Assembly: GCF_030144855.1 (NCBI RefSeq)
Contig: NC_082711.1
Span: 47,678,001-47,742,000 of the forward strand
DNA: 64,000 nt
Reading direction: 5' to 3'
Source: Hypanus sabinus
Taxonomy: Eukaryota
Shown: positions 1 to 12,228 of the stretch, piece by piece
How the letters are laid out: each line of letters starts with the position of its first letter
How positions within the stretch are numbered: position 1 is the first letter of the stretch
Position numbers and translations under genes: made by a program
Notes under the pieces: generated by a model
Told to the model about the DNA's origin: nothing
The model's input: the letters and a program-made list of their open reading frames with translations, nothing else
The model's database searches: none

Positions 1-151
1 GTTTCTGAACAAAATATAATATTTCTTAAATATCTCTGTGGGAATTCACCAACCTACAGCAATTTTGTGACAATTAAAGTGCTGTTTCTTGACTTCAACT
101 ATAATCTCTTGTTTCCTAATTAACAAGATGCCCTTGGCATCTGACAGAGGC

Positions 152-666
152 TGAAACACTCTGGTTCCATCGGCTGCTTCAGTCTAGGGAAGACAATCTC
201 CTGCCTCGCCAAACATGTGAGGTTGAAGCGCAACCCCTCCAAAACCTCTTGTTTGTGTGGATACTATGTGATTCATTACCATTACAAATAAGTACCACGA
301 ATTAACAGACATTACATCACATACAATTTAAAGATTTAGTTTTATAATTCTTAATTTGACTAAAGGATTAATAAAGAAAAAGCAAAAAAAGAAAAGAGCC
401 CATTTTAATGAAACAGTCTAAGTTGGAGCTCACAGTTTCCCCTTCACCGATCCTCCTTCAATTTTCCCCGGGCTTCGTCGAATCATGGCTCCCCAATCCC
501 AACCCTAATGTCCCTCACCAGAGAAACCTTCCCTTAATCCAGCCATCCTAATTGGATGCCACACAATTCTCCTATCTCTTACCTTCAGCAGTAACCCAAC
601 CAAGCAGCTAGCACAGAACAGAACAGCACAGCATAACAGAGAAAGAATATGAACCAAGGTATTACA
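152..666 (-). mobile_element. Degenerate solo LTR-like element (same family as 61387-61943, opposite orientation)
   Basis: Reverse-complement similarity to 61387-61943 (e.g. tttataattcttaatttgacta vs tagtcaaattaagaattataaa; ttggagctcacagtttcc vs ggaaaactgtgagctccaa). Ends TG(a)AAC...ATTACA. No clear TSD. Confidence 0.55.
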
Positions 667-744
667 CTAGTATCATATTTGGGCTAGAGCTGTCTTTCTG
701 ACTGCATATCTATCCCATCACCAACCCTAGTAAATTTCACTTCC

Positions 745-2300
745 ATAACATAAGATCATTAGACATAGCAGTAGAATTAGGCCATTTGGCCCATACAGTA
801 TGCTCCACCATTCAATCATGGCTAGTCCTTTCTTTTCCCTTCTCAGCCCTGCTCCCTGGCCTTATCGCCATAACCTTTGATGCCCTGTCCAATCAAGAAC
901 CAATCAAACTCTGCCCTAAATACACCCAACAAACTGGCCTCTACGGCTGCCTGTGGTAATAAATTCCACAAATTCACCACCCTCCAGCAAAATAACTTTC
1001 TCCGTTTCTCTGTTTTAAATGGATGCCTCTTTATCCTGAGGCTGTGCCCTCTGGTTCTGGACTCCCCCACCATGGGAAACATCCTTTCCACATCTACTCT
1101 GCCTAGACCTTTCAACATTTGAAAGGTTTCAATGAGTCTCGCCCTCCAGCCTTCTAAATTCCAGTGAGTATATACCCAGAGCTAGCAAACATTATAGATA
1201 TGACAAGCCTTCTGGAATCATCCTTGTCAACTTCCTCTGAACCCTCTCCAATGCCAGCACAGCATTTCTTTGATAAGGAGCCCAAAACTGTTTACAATAC
1301 TCAAGGTGAGGCCTTGCTGGTGCCCTATAAATCCTCAGCATCACATCCTTGCTTTTGTATTCTAAACATCTTGAAATTAATGCTAACATTGCATTTGCCT
1401 TCCTCATCACTGACTCTACCTGCAAGTTAACCTTTAGGGTGTTCTGCACAAGGGCTTCCAAGTCCCATTGTATCACAGATTTTTAGATTTTTTCCCCATT
1501 TAGAAAGTAGTCTGCACATCTATTTCTTCTACCAAAGTGCATGACCATGCATTTTCCAACATTGTATTTCATTTGCCACTTTCTTGGCCAGTATCCTAAT
1601 CTGTCTAAGTCCTGTTTCCTCATCACTACCTGCTCCTCCACCAATCTTTGTATCATCTGCAAACTTGGCATCAAAGACATCTATTCCATCATCTAAATCA
1701 TTGATATGCATCATAAAAAGCAGTTTCAACATTGACCCCTGTGGAACACCAATAGTCACTGGCAGCCAACCAGAAAAGGATCTTTTTTATTCCCACATGC
1801 TGTCTCCTACCGAACAGTCAAGGCTTGAACCATGCCTGTAACTTTCCTGTAATACCATGGGCTCTTAACTTGGTAAGCATTTTCATGTATGATACCTTGT
1901 CAAAGGCCTTCTGAAAGACCAAATATACAACATACACTGCATTCTCTTTATCCATCCTACTTGTAGTCTCCTCAAGGAATTCCAACAGGTTTGTCAGTGA
2001 AGATTTCCTTTAAAGAAACCTTGTTGACTTTGTCCTGTGTCACCAAATACTCCATATCCTCATCCTTAACAATTGACTCCAACATCTTCTCAACTACTGA
2101 GGTCAGGCTAACTGGTCTATAATTTCCTTTCCGCCCCCTTCCTTTTTTCTTACAGAGTGGAGTGACATTTGCAATTTTCCAGTCATCTGGTACTATACCA
2201 GAGTCCAGTGATTTTTAAAATATCATTAAATACCTCCGCAATCTCTGCTGCTACCTCTTTCAGAACCAGTTGATCTGGTCCAGGTGATTTCTGTACCCAT
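745..2300 (-). mobile_element. CR1 LINE, 5'-truncated, degraded RT and 3' tail
   Basis: ORF fragments GVPQGS, KFADDTKIGG, KYNVGKCMVMHFG, RPHLEYC, RTRGHSL. Shark-type 3' tail at ~745-790. Confidence 0.92.
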
Positions 2301-2319
2301 AGGTCCCATGTCCCATTTC

Positions 2320-3060
2320 TACCCTTTCCTTTCCTCATATCTTGCTGAAAAGCCTTATACACACTTCTACAATCTTGGAACATGACCATTACAGCCTCTC
2401 TTGCTCTGATCTCCATTATATTGAGCTCATTTATAATTCTGTTGCTTGTGTCACTCTTCCTGCAGATTCCATTCACCCAGGTATTTGCTAGCCTTAATAT
2501 GTTTGCAGTTAATTAATACCTCAGTTTAGAAATTTGCATTCTTCTTTTCCTTCCCCAAAAAGCCTCATCATTAAGTGTTCCGCATTGATATTCACCCCCA
2601 CAATCTTCAGGATTAGGGCCATTTCTAACTAATGTGCTTCTTGAATTTAAATACTTCATCTTTGGCAAACTTCCAGCTGTCAAGGATCTTAGTTCTCCGA
2701 TTCCGTCCTCACATGGCATGATGTCAAATTTTATTTGAATGCACACATGTGAAATACCATTGACTGTTTTACCATATTAAAGCTGCTAATTGTTTTTGCC
2801 TATATATGCTCTGCTCTCTGTCTTGTTGCCAACTAGGCATCACTTACTTTAATTCAGCCCTTACTTTTCATGTTCTGGCATTATCTCTTAATCTATTCCT
2901 TGGCACAGTATCAAAAGTCTTTTGTACAAGCAAGACTTCCCCTTTTGAAACTGTGCAGGTTATTCATCACGGTATTTTTGGTTGCTGGCTGCTTTTCAAT
3001 ACTTTTTTTTTCCATGAGAGGGAAATCTCTGATTTTTCCTACAACCACTAATAATCTCAA
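2320..3060 (-). mobile_element. Ancient, highly degraded CR1 RT fragment
   Basis: Patchy nucleotide resemblance to CR1 RT segments elsewhere in the window (e.g. gtatcaaaagtcttttg, the DFQKAFD region). Confidence 0.4.
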
Positions 3061-3104
3061 ATGACAATGGTACATTGAGCATAGTCTTTCTTCATTTCTA
3101 ATTT

Positions 3105-3735
3105 CTAATTATACTTCACCTGCGAATCTACTGGGGTTGTCTATTGTGTCCAGTGTTCACGATCCTGTCTCCTCCACGTTGATGAGACCCATTGTAAATT
3201 GGGAGACCACTTTGTCAAGCGCCTCCACTCCATCCCCCAAAAGTGAACTGCCCTGTGACAAACCTTTTAATACCAATTCCATTCCCTTTCTGACATGGTG
3301 TTCCATGGCCCCCTCTTGTGCCAAGATGAGGGCACTGTCAAGGTGGAGAAGCAACACCTTCTGTACCGTCTGCATAACCTCCAATCTGATGGAATAAATA
3401 TGGATTTCTACCTCTGGTAAAAAAAAATCCTTCCCTCCTTCCCCTCTTCTTCTAGTCCTTACTCTGGCCTTTTAGCTCTTCTAACCTACCTATCACTTTC
3501 CCTCTGGATCCCCTCCTCCTATCAGGTTCCTTCCTCTCCACCCCTTTATTTTCCCTGTCCACCTGGCTTCACCTATCACTTTCTAACTATCCTGCTTCCC
3601 CTCCCCCACCTTTTTTATTCTGGCATCCCCTTTCCAGTACTGAATAGTGGTCTCGGCCGGAAATGTCGACTGTTTATTCATTTCCATAGATGATGCCTTA
3701 CCTGCTGAGCTCCTCCAGCAAATTTGTGTTGCGAA
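3105..3735 (+). mobile_element. Penelope-like element 3' part (GIY-YIG remnant + pseudo-LTR)
   Basis: FTCESTGVVYCVQCS-like remnant, homologous to 38290-38955. Pyrimidine-rich 3' region and terminal ccatagatgatgcc...ctccagca motif. Confidence 0.85.
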
Positions 3736-4364
3736 GAACACCAGTCTTTGTGTTTTTGACTAATTCACCTAATGATTCCCTTTTCCCCATTTCAAAATGT
3801 GGCAATAACAGTTCTTATCTCTCTACCTTGATCAGATCCATCTGATCTGTGACCAAGATCACTAATGAAACAAAGTACTTATTTCACATTACATCCATTT
3901 TTCCATTGATGCTCTTTGTAGTGATAGGTCTAACTTGGAGGTTGGGAGAGTCACGGTCGAATCCCACATATTGCATGGAAGGCACTTTGCTTAAGTTTTC
4001 CTTCAAGTGTCGGCACTGTGACAGATTAAAAAGCTGAAGGTATCTCATTGAACCTGCTTGCATTTTTCTGCTGTCTGTAAGCAACATCTTAGTCTACCTT
4101 TAGTTACCTCCAGTAAGTCCTCTTTTTGGAAGAAATGCATTGAAAATGGCCTAAATTCATCACCTCTGAGCAATAATCCCAGAAATTCCAATGACTCAAC
4201 AACAGGGAGTGCCAAATATTCATTGTGCAGCATGGGCTCAGCTATTCTTTGGAGGGAGTGCATCATTGGAAAAAAAATGGGTTATGAACACCACAAAATT
4301 AAAAATTGATATCATAGGGCTTTATTTTCCTGAAGCTACTGCATGAATATTAAGAGAAGTTTGC

Positions 4365-4500
4365 ATAAGTTTAGGGATGGGAAGGGTATGGTGGGCTATG
4401 ATTCAGGTGCAGGTTAATAGGTCCGGGCAGAATACAGATAGAACAGTCTAGATGGGTCGAAGGGCCTGTTTCTATAATGTAGTGCTCTTATGACTATATT
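4365..4500 (+). mobile_element. CR1 3' tail fragment
   Basis: gatgggtcgaagggcctgtttct...tatgactat, a CR1 terminal stem-loop plus tail. Confidence 0.65.
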
Positions 4501-7024
4501 GTAAATGTAAGGAAAGTGGAAGGTAGGACAGAGTGAGGGAATGCAGAGCACATTTAACATTGAATGAGGCACAAGTTTTCATTCTTTCCAAGATACAGTA
4601 CTATTAAACAAAATCTTTAACAATTTTAATCAGTTGAACAATCACAGCAACAAAATTACTTTTTACTTGCCGTAAGCTGAGTTTTTAGTTGAAAACAAAT
4701 CTCATCTTGAGACCAAAAATAAAATGAGCACATAGAACTAACATACATGGTGCTGGAAGAACTCATAGGTTAGGCAGCATCTGTGGAGGTAAATGCACAG
4801 TCGCGCTTTGGGTCAAGACCACTCCAACATCTGATACATTGCTTAGGTTTCAGCATCTACAGTCTCTTGCATCAGCCTATTTTACAGTGGAGTTGGCTCC
4901 ATGATAGTCCAATGTCTGCTGTAATAATCTCAAGCTAAACAACTAATTTTGCATTACAAAACAGCAGATCAGTGAGTGAGAATGATTTCCTTCAAAGGAA
5001 CAGACCACAGTAATTCATTTTAAACAGCCAATTCAAACCTTATTTGCAAAATTAACATTGGCTTGAGTTAAGGGTGCCAGCTTCAGATTCATAGCAAATT
5101 CGCAGGGTGTTTACGTCAAGAATTTTCACCCAAAAAAAAGCTGCAAAATGCAGCTGAAAATAAGAAAAAAAATGTAAGAGTGCTTAAGGCCACCATAAGC
5201 AAATACAAAGACCACTTTCTCATTTTTATATCAACACTTTTAGACTAATTTTTTTGGAATTCTCATCCGAGGGTGTCTGCTGAACTTCTTTCTAGCTTTC
5301 TTTACCTCTTTACCCTGTTAACTTATTTTTCATCTTTTCTCAATAAGTTTGGATCCCTGACCTCCAGTTATTAACCCATTTGCAATAGGAAATTATGTCA
5401 ATCGCCCTACCTCGATGTAAACCTCTACTGAGTCTGGTTACATTGGTACATGCCTTACAGTATTTGCTACATCCCCTGTGTTAGTCCAGTGGCCGTCGTA
5501 GATTTTTGCAGCCTTTTTGTTTCCAGTTCATTGCTACCTCAAGATCTCCACAGGGCACAGCAGTCCATTGGGCCAGAGGCAGTGGAAAGGAAGGCCCTGC
5601 ACCCACAGACTTCCCCTGATAACTCATGTACTTGCTGTCCAAGTCCTTTTCACCATTTGCAAAAGTCTCAAAGTTCAGTGGTGGATCGAGAGAAGGAGTA
5701 CAGTGCCCAGAATTATCCTATGTACTCTAGCCAAGGCCCAAGCCACAGTTCCAAACTTGCTTTCTCTACCCACTACTTATGAACCCAATTAGATTCTTAA
5801 ATTTTATGCTATCAATATCCTCTTGATTTTAGAGATTTGTATGTGGGGTCTTCAAGGTTCTCCTGCTTATCAACCTTTTCCAATACAGTATTGTTTATCA
5901 AACACTATCTTTCTCTGTTAGTTTTAGCAAAGCCCACTGCCTCAGTTTTGAAACTAAACCTCTCTCTCTCTCCTTAGACCATTCTGTCTCAGGAGGCTCT
6001 CAGATCAAGTTTCCCAGCTTGTGCAGCCTAGCAATGCTGCCCACCGCCCATCCCCCACCCCCACACACCTCAGTTTGAGTTGCTTATCAAAGTTGAAAAG
6101 AAATGATACCAGAGGGTACCACTGCTAACTAGCTCACTGTCTGAAAATGCTCTAGCTCTTTGCTTCTTGTCACTGCATGCACACCTTCATTTTCTTCTAT
6201 TTTTATTATTGACTTCAACTACATTTGGTAAAATGCTAATAGAAATGAAAGGTGCAGCCAAGAAGTAATAATGAAAAGTGCATTTCCTTACAGATGGAGA
6301 GCGAGTTGATGTCCTCAAGACAATGAGCAGTTGTAAGAGCTTAAACAGAAAGGACTATGACAAAGCAGAATACTTTATCACAGTGGATGTTAAGAGACAA
6401 AGACTGGGAGATTGGTATCCTATTGTAAAGAGAAATTGATTAGCTCATAAATAAAGCAGAACAAGGACGTCAACAGAAAAGTGGACTGTGAAACAACCCA
6501 GGTACATTTTCAATGTGGGGGAAAAATTTGGAATTCACTCCACATCAGACTCTTGCTTTAATTGACAGATTGGTTCCGTTTCGATCCATGAAGTGATCGG
6601 TAAAGACACTGTTTCACAGTCATGAGATGTTGAAATATCCTGGTTATTCCTGCACCTCCTGTTTGCGTTATTTGTTTCTCCTGAGGTCATGCCTGCCCAT
6701 GGAAAGCACATTTTTAAGTGAAGTCATTCAGAATTTCACATGGTAAAGTGTTCAAATCTTTTGAGTCATTTCTCGGATCTGCAATGTTAAGAGCTGTAAA
6801 AGAATGGAGCCTAACTCTTGCAGCTACTGCAGCCTACCAGCTATATTCCAGAGACCGCTCACCATGAGATGCCTCCTGTAATGATTGGCATCTGGCATTC
6901 CACCATTAATCAGTACATCCTGATGAAGACTACCAACAGTTATGTTCTTCCTTTAATTCTTTGATATGAATTAATAAGAACTATTTTTCTGTGTAGAAAT
7001 TCTTACTTTATAAGGATTCTATAA

Positions 7025-8140
7025 GGATACCTCAGACTGCACCCTGCCTTTTGCATCTGGATCCTGGATTACCAGCAGGTAATAAGGATGGGCTCCCTCA
7101 CCACTGCCTCTCTGTCCCTCAACACAGGCGCACCCTGGACTGTGTCCTGAGCCCCCTATACACCCATGACTCTATTGCCATGCATAGCTCTAATCTGTTG
7201 GTCAAATTTGCAGAAACACAACATTGATAGGCCTTATTTCCAATAATGATGAGACAGCCTGCAGAAGAGAAGTCAACACCCTGACTCAGTGGTGCTAAGA
7301 AAACAACCTTTCCCTCAATATTGAAAACATAAAGGAGTTGATTGTGGATTACAGGAGGAATAGAGACAGACTAGCCCCTATTGACATCAATTGGACTGTG
7401 GTTGAGAGGGTGAGTAGTTCCAAGTTCCTTGGTGTACACATCTCACCTGGACTGTACATACTGGCTGCATGGAGAAAAAAGCACAACGCCTCTTTCACTT
7501 CAGATGGCTGAAGAAGTTTGGCATGAGTACCCAAGTCCTCAGGATTCTCTACAGGCCCACCATCGAGAGCATCTTAACTGGCTGTGTCATCACCTGGTAT
7601 GGGAACTGTCCTACCTTCAATCACAGAGCTCTGCAGAGAGTAGTGTGGACAGCCCAGCACACCCGTAGATATCATCACCTGTCATCACCCCCTGGTACAG
7701 GAACTGTCCGACCTTCAATCACAGGGCACTGCAGAGAGTGGTGTGGACGGCCCAGCACATCTATAGATGTCAACTTTCCTTTATTTGGGACATTTACAGC
7801 AGCAGGTGCATAAAATGACTTGGAGGATCATCAGGACTGCATCCACCCCAACCACAAACTGTTCCAGTTGCTTCCATCTGGCAAACAGTACCACTGCACG
7901 TTAGCCAGGCCCAACAAGCTCTGGGACAGCTTCTTTCACCAGGCCATCAGATTTATCAATACACATTGATCTGATTGCATATTTGACTATATATATGAGA
8001 ATACAAAACAGTTATATATACAATTCTAGTGTTTGGACAACATCCTCCCACTCTTCCCCTTTATTGCTTGTTCAATGCGACGGAGACACAACATAGAGAT
8101 TTTTATTCTCTTGGATGTAAAAAAATAAAATGAATTAAAT
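7025..8140 (+). mobile_element. Rex1/Babar-type LINE, RT C-terminal half and 3'UTR
   Basis: ORF 7469-7813 LKKFGMSTQVLRILYRPTIESILTGCVITWYGNC and FLGVHIS motif. Internal ~95-bp tandem duplication at ~7585-7770. Confidence 0.88.
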
Positions 8141-8195
8141 AAATAAATAGATTTACGACAAAATTTATTTCTTCATCCTACATATTTCTCTATTT

Positions 8196-8287
8196 CTTCA
8201 TATTCCCAGCAGTGGTTAACATAAATCCCATTCAACTATTCAACTTCATATTCCCAGCAGCAGTTAACACAAATCCCATTCGACTAT
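8196..8287. repeat. 48-bp tandem duplication (2 copies)
   Basis: cttcatattcccagcag..gttaaca.aaatcccattc.actat occurs at 8196 and 8244. Confidence 0.9.
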
Positions 8288-8599
8288 CTTTCCTCATCTG
8301 TGCATGTTAGCATATTCATCTAGTCAGTGAACATTGGTGCTTGCTGTACCTTGGGCTCAAAATTGTGACCGATACACATTGCCTTTGCCAGTGATACCCA
8401 AATTCTATAAATGACTGTAAAATGCAGACAAATATAAAATTCATACACTAAGATAGAATACAGTTGAAAATGACAGGCTTTGATGAACAACTTAAAATGT
8501 TAACTACCTCTCTTCCTATCGAAGCTGCCTGACCTGATGTGTTTCTAGCATTTTTATCTTTTTGTCTTACTTGCCTCATACACTGGGGTGCTCTCTATA

Positions 8600-9190
8600 G
8601 TTATATGATGAGGTAACCTGTAGCCTTTGGCCAGGAGCAGACGTCGTTATGGGTGCCCAAACTTCAGAGATTGTTTCAACCCTCAAATTACTCTCTCCAG
8701 TTAGTGACTCAGCAGTGGTGGCCAAGTCACTGCCCATCTACTCCCGACTTCCAGCTCAACTCCTCTCACCTGCTCCATATCCAGCAAGAGGCACTTTCTG
8801 CTTCCTCCCCCATCCTGCCAGCTGCTTGATTCTTGTACTTTGAATCAAGACACAATGCAGACAGCAACCTCCATGCCAACCTTGTCGGGAACCCGTTACA
8901 GCCGATCTCCGCGGGGAATAGCTGCATCTGCCATCCTTTGTCCCTGTACTCCTGGACTAATGACAGGTACTTTAGGGCCTTCCTCTTGTGAGTCTCCTCA
9001 CAGCTTTCCTCCCCCCCCCCCCCCCCCATGGTACTGTGAGCTCCACCAAGATGATTTTCTTGTCTTCAGTGGAACTCAGTAGCATATCTGGTTGAAGTGT
9101 GGTTTGCACCACCTCCAGGAACTGCATCTTCCTCCCCACATCGACCTTCATCTCCCATGATTTGGCAGTTTCCAGCAGTTTGGATTGTAT
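8600..9190 (-). mobile_element. HERO-like (R2-group) non-LTR retrotransposon 3' end with restriction-like endonuclease
   Basis: Minus-strand translation WEMKVDVGRKMQF..QTTLQPDML..KKIILVELTVPW..EESCEETHKRKALKY..GW..LFPAEIGCNGF..AESASCWIW, a PD-(D/E) RLE domain. Confidence 0.8.
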
Positions 9191-10342
9191 CTAGCATTTT
9201 ATATTTTTATCTTGTATTAATAAGATAATATCATGATAGTAGATATTCATAACATGTGCTGGAGAAATGATGGTGCACATTAATGTTCCTACAAAATAAT
9301 CTAGGATTTCTACAAATTAGCCAAGATTTATTTACATGCCAGTGTCTGAAGCCCAACAAAGAAAAGTTCTTAATGAAATTTAATTATGGAGAATGCATAA
9401 AAGCAGATTTCAGAAGTAATAGCAGAAGAATATCTCATACATTATGACCATAAAATAATTGCCAGTAACTCAGCTTTTACCTGCAGCTCGTGTGACAGTA
9501 CTGTCTTCCCAGCTCTCAGGGTGTGCTTACCTGGCACATTACATCAAGGCCCATTGAAGAGCATGAGAGAAAATGGCTGCCAGGTGAAAGATCACTAGTT
9601 ATATTTTTCCTTTCAGTCGAATTTTAGTGTGTAAATAAAACTTTATTCTGTTAAATGTGTAAACCAGATGATTAACAATTTTTCCAAAACTTTTTTTAAG
9701 TAGGTTTCAAATGTTAGTGATCATTGGTGAATGTTAAAAATATTAACTGTCTTTCAAAGACTGATAACACCAGTAGCTTCAATAATTGTCAAGCTGGGAG
9801 TTGGGCTTCATTGGGTTTCAAAGTTATCACTTGGATACAGCCAAACTTTTGTGCTGAGACAATCCCTACACTGCTCTCTGGGGCACAAATGCCCCGGGAG
9901 CTGGGTTCCCAGTGGAACACTATGCTCTGGGCTGCACTGTAACAAACAGCAGGTGGTGGAAGGTGATCTGAAGTAATATTTGAGGAGGACAGAAAATTGA
10001 AAATAAATAGTTTTCAGATATGTTCGATTTTTGTTTGGGGATAGAATTTGAGAAATAAAATAGACAATAGTATTGTCAAACAGAGAAGTATTATGGAAAA
10101 AAAAGGAAGATTCCCTGTGCTTGCTGAGAAGTTGTAATGAGGAGGGAGGAATAGTCAAAATCTGATGAAAAATTATAATAGGAATAAACATGCAAAATTT
10201 GTATATCAATGACAAATGAATTTCAACATAGTTAACTGTAAGTTCAGAAAAGTAAGAATTTCACATTGATTGCATGAAAGGAATCTAAATGATGCAATAT
10301 GGAGAAACATCTGTGAGCACAAATCAGCAAGGCAGGGACATG

Positions 10343-10875
10343 CACTCAAGGACAACTTGATAGGCACACCTTAATTTGCATTAAGATATTTGTATCTTAA
10401 TGCAAATATCCAATGTGGCAGCAACTCGATGCATAAAAGTATGCAGGCATGGTCAAAAGGTTCAGTTGTTGTTAAGGATGAAATGTGATCCAAGTGATGT
10501 TGATCATGGAATAATTACTGATGCTGGATCAGAAACTGCTGATCTCCTGGGATTTTCACACATACCAGTCTCAAGAGTTTACAGAGAATGGTGCAAAGAA
10601 CAAAAAAAAACATTCAGTGAGCAGCCATTCTGTGAACAAAAATGCTTTGTTAATGAGAGAGTTCAGAGGAGAATGCCCAGGCTGGTTAAAACTGACAGAA
10701 AGACAACAGTGATTCAAATAAGCACATGTTACCGTAGTGGTATGCAGAAGAGCATCTCTGAACACACAAGATGTCAAACCTTGAAGTGCATGGGCTACAG
10801 CAACAGAAAGCCATGAACATACATTCAGTTCCACTTTATTAGGTAAAGGAGGTACCTATTCAAGTGGCCACTGTA
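10343..10875 (+). mobile_element. Non-autonomous Tc1-like element (transposase N-terminus only)
   Basis: ORF 10400-10816 SETADLLGFSH..VSRVYREW..RRMPRLVKTDRKTTV..KSISEHT..LKCMGYSNRKP. Degenerate cactcagtggccac-type TIRs. Confidence 0.85.
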
Positions 10876-10919
10876 TATAGGTAGTACAGCTATGAAAATA
10901 TCTAAGAATCTAGATTTTT

Positions 10920-11290
10920 TTAAAGTATTGAATTGGGAGTGGTTATGCTGAACTTATTTGAACTTCATAGAGAATAATGTACATCTTGTTGAATGTATTT
11001 GACGTACTTTAGAGAGAGGGAGTTTAAGGAAGGATATAATATCCTCAATGTTGTATCACTGAGAAGAGAATGAATAACCTCAGCCTCTTTACAACTGGAA
11101 AAAAGACTGAGGACATATGATATCTACAATCATCATAGATATGATGGAAGAGCTCCCCAGTTTCAAGGAACAATAAAACTAAGGACCGTCAATGAAAGTT
11201 ATCACTTAAGAAATTAATTAGGGAAGTGAGAAGCAACTTCCTTACATAGAAAGGAATAGTAATGTGTAAGCCTCTTCTTTGGGGAAAGAA
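10920..11290 (+). mobile_element. Ancient CR1 3' fragment
   Basis: Eroded similarity to the CR1 ORF2 C-terminus (ctggaaaaaagactgagg, aaaactaaggacc, gaagcaacttccttacataga). Confidence 0.4.
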
Positions 11291-11374
11291 TTGGGTGAAG
11301 CTTGGTTTAACCAAATGTTCCTGTTCTTTATTTACCACACGATTCTATGGGAGCACTTAGTAAAAGAAGCAGAA

Positions 11375-12157
11375 AAGCATAAGACATAGGAGAAGAATTC
11401 AACCATTCGGCCCATTGAATCTACTCCGCCATTCCAATCATGGCTGACTTTTTACCCCTCTCAGTCTACATCCCATAACTTATTGTACCATTACTAATTA
11501 AGAATTAATGAATTCCACAGATTCATCAGCTTCGGCAAAAGAGAGCCTCCTTGTCTCTTTGCCTAAGAAATGCCCCTATATTTTAATGATGTGCCTTCTA
11601 GACTCACCCGCTGAAGGAAGCATCCTCTCCACATCTACTCTATCCAGGTCTCCAGGGGGTAAAGGGCCAGAGCCATCAAATGCTCTTCGCACATTAATCC
11701 TTTTATTTCCAGCATCATTCTCGTGAACCACCTCTGGCCCATTAACAATTCCAGCACATCTTTTCTTAGACAGCATGCCCAAAACTGCTCGTAATACTCC
11801 ACGTGCCTTCCAAATATCCAGACCTGACTTCCACTACCTCATTTTCCCTTTTCTATTTTCTAATTATGATTTGTAATTTAAATTTTTATTATATTTACTT
11901 CAATTTGTACTCCAGGGAGCACGAAGAGCAGAATCAAATATCGCTGTGATGATTGTATGCTCTAGTATCAATTGTTTGGTGACAATAAAGTGTGTCTAAC
12001 CAATACTTTATAAAGCTTCAGCACTGCATCCTTGCTTATATATTCCAGTTCTCTCAAAGTGAATGTTAACATTGCATTTTGCTTCCTTACCACTAACTCA
12101 ACTTGCAAGTTAACCTTTAGGGAATTCTTCATGAGGACTTCCACCAAAGTGCATGAC
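11375..12157 (-). mobile_element. Older CR1, 3' part (host of the young CR1; continues at 16593)
   Basis: Tail at ~11375 and LDRVDVERM, KVNLQVELVVRK remnants. Sequence resumes collinearly at 16593. Confidence 0.88.
11812..11990 (+). mobile_element. Rex1-type LINE 3'UTR fragment inserted in CR1
   Basis: Interrupts CR1 at aatactcc...gtgtctaacc. Ends gacaataaag. Confidence 0.55.
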
Positions 12158-12228
12158 ATAGAAACATTGAAAATAGGTGCAGGAGTAGGCCATTCAGCCC
12201 TTCGAGCCTGCAGCACCATTCAGTATGA

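Noticed and set aside
3849-4309. Overlapping short ORFs
   Set aside because: No family resemblance that I can support.
8196-8287. CRISPR-like or prokaryotic defence array
   Set aside because: Only a two-copy tandem duplication. The window is vertebrate DNA with no repeat-spacer array or operon.
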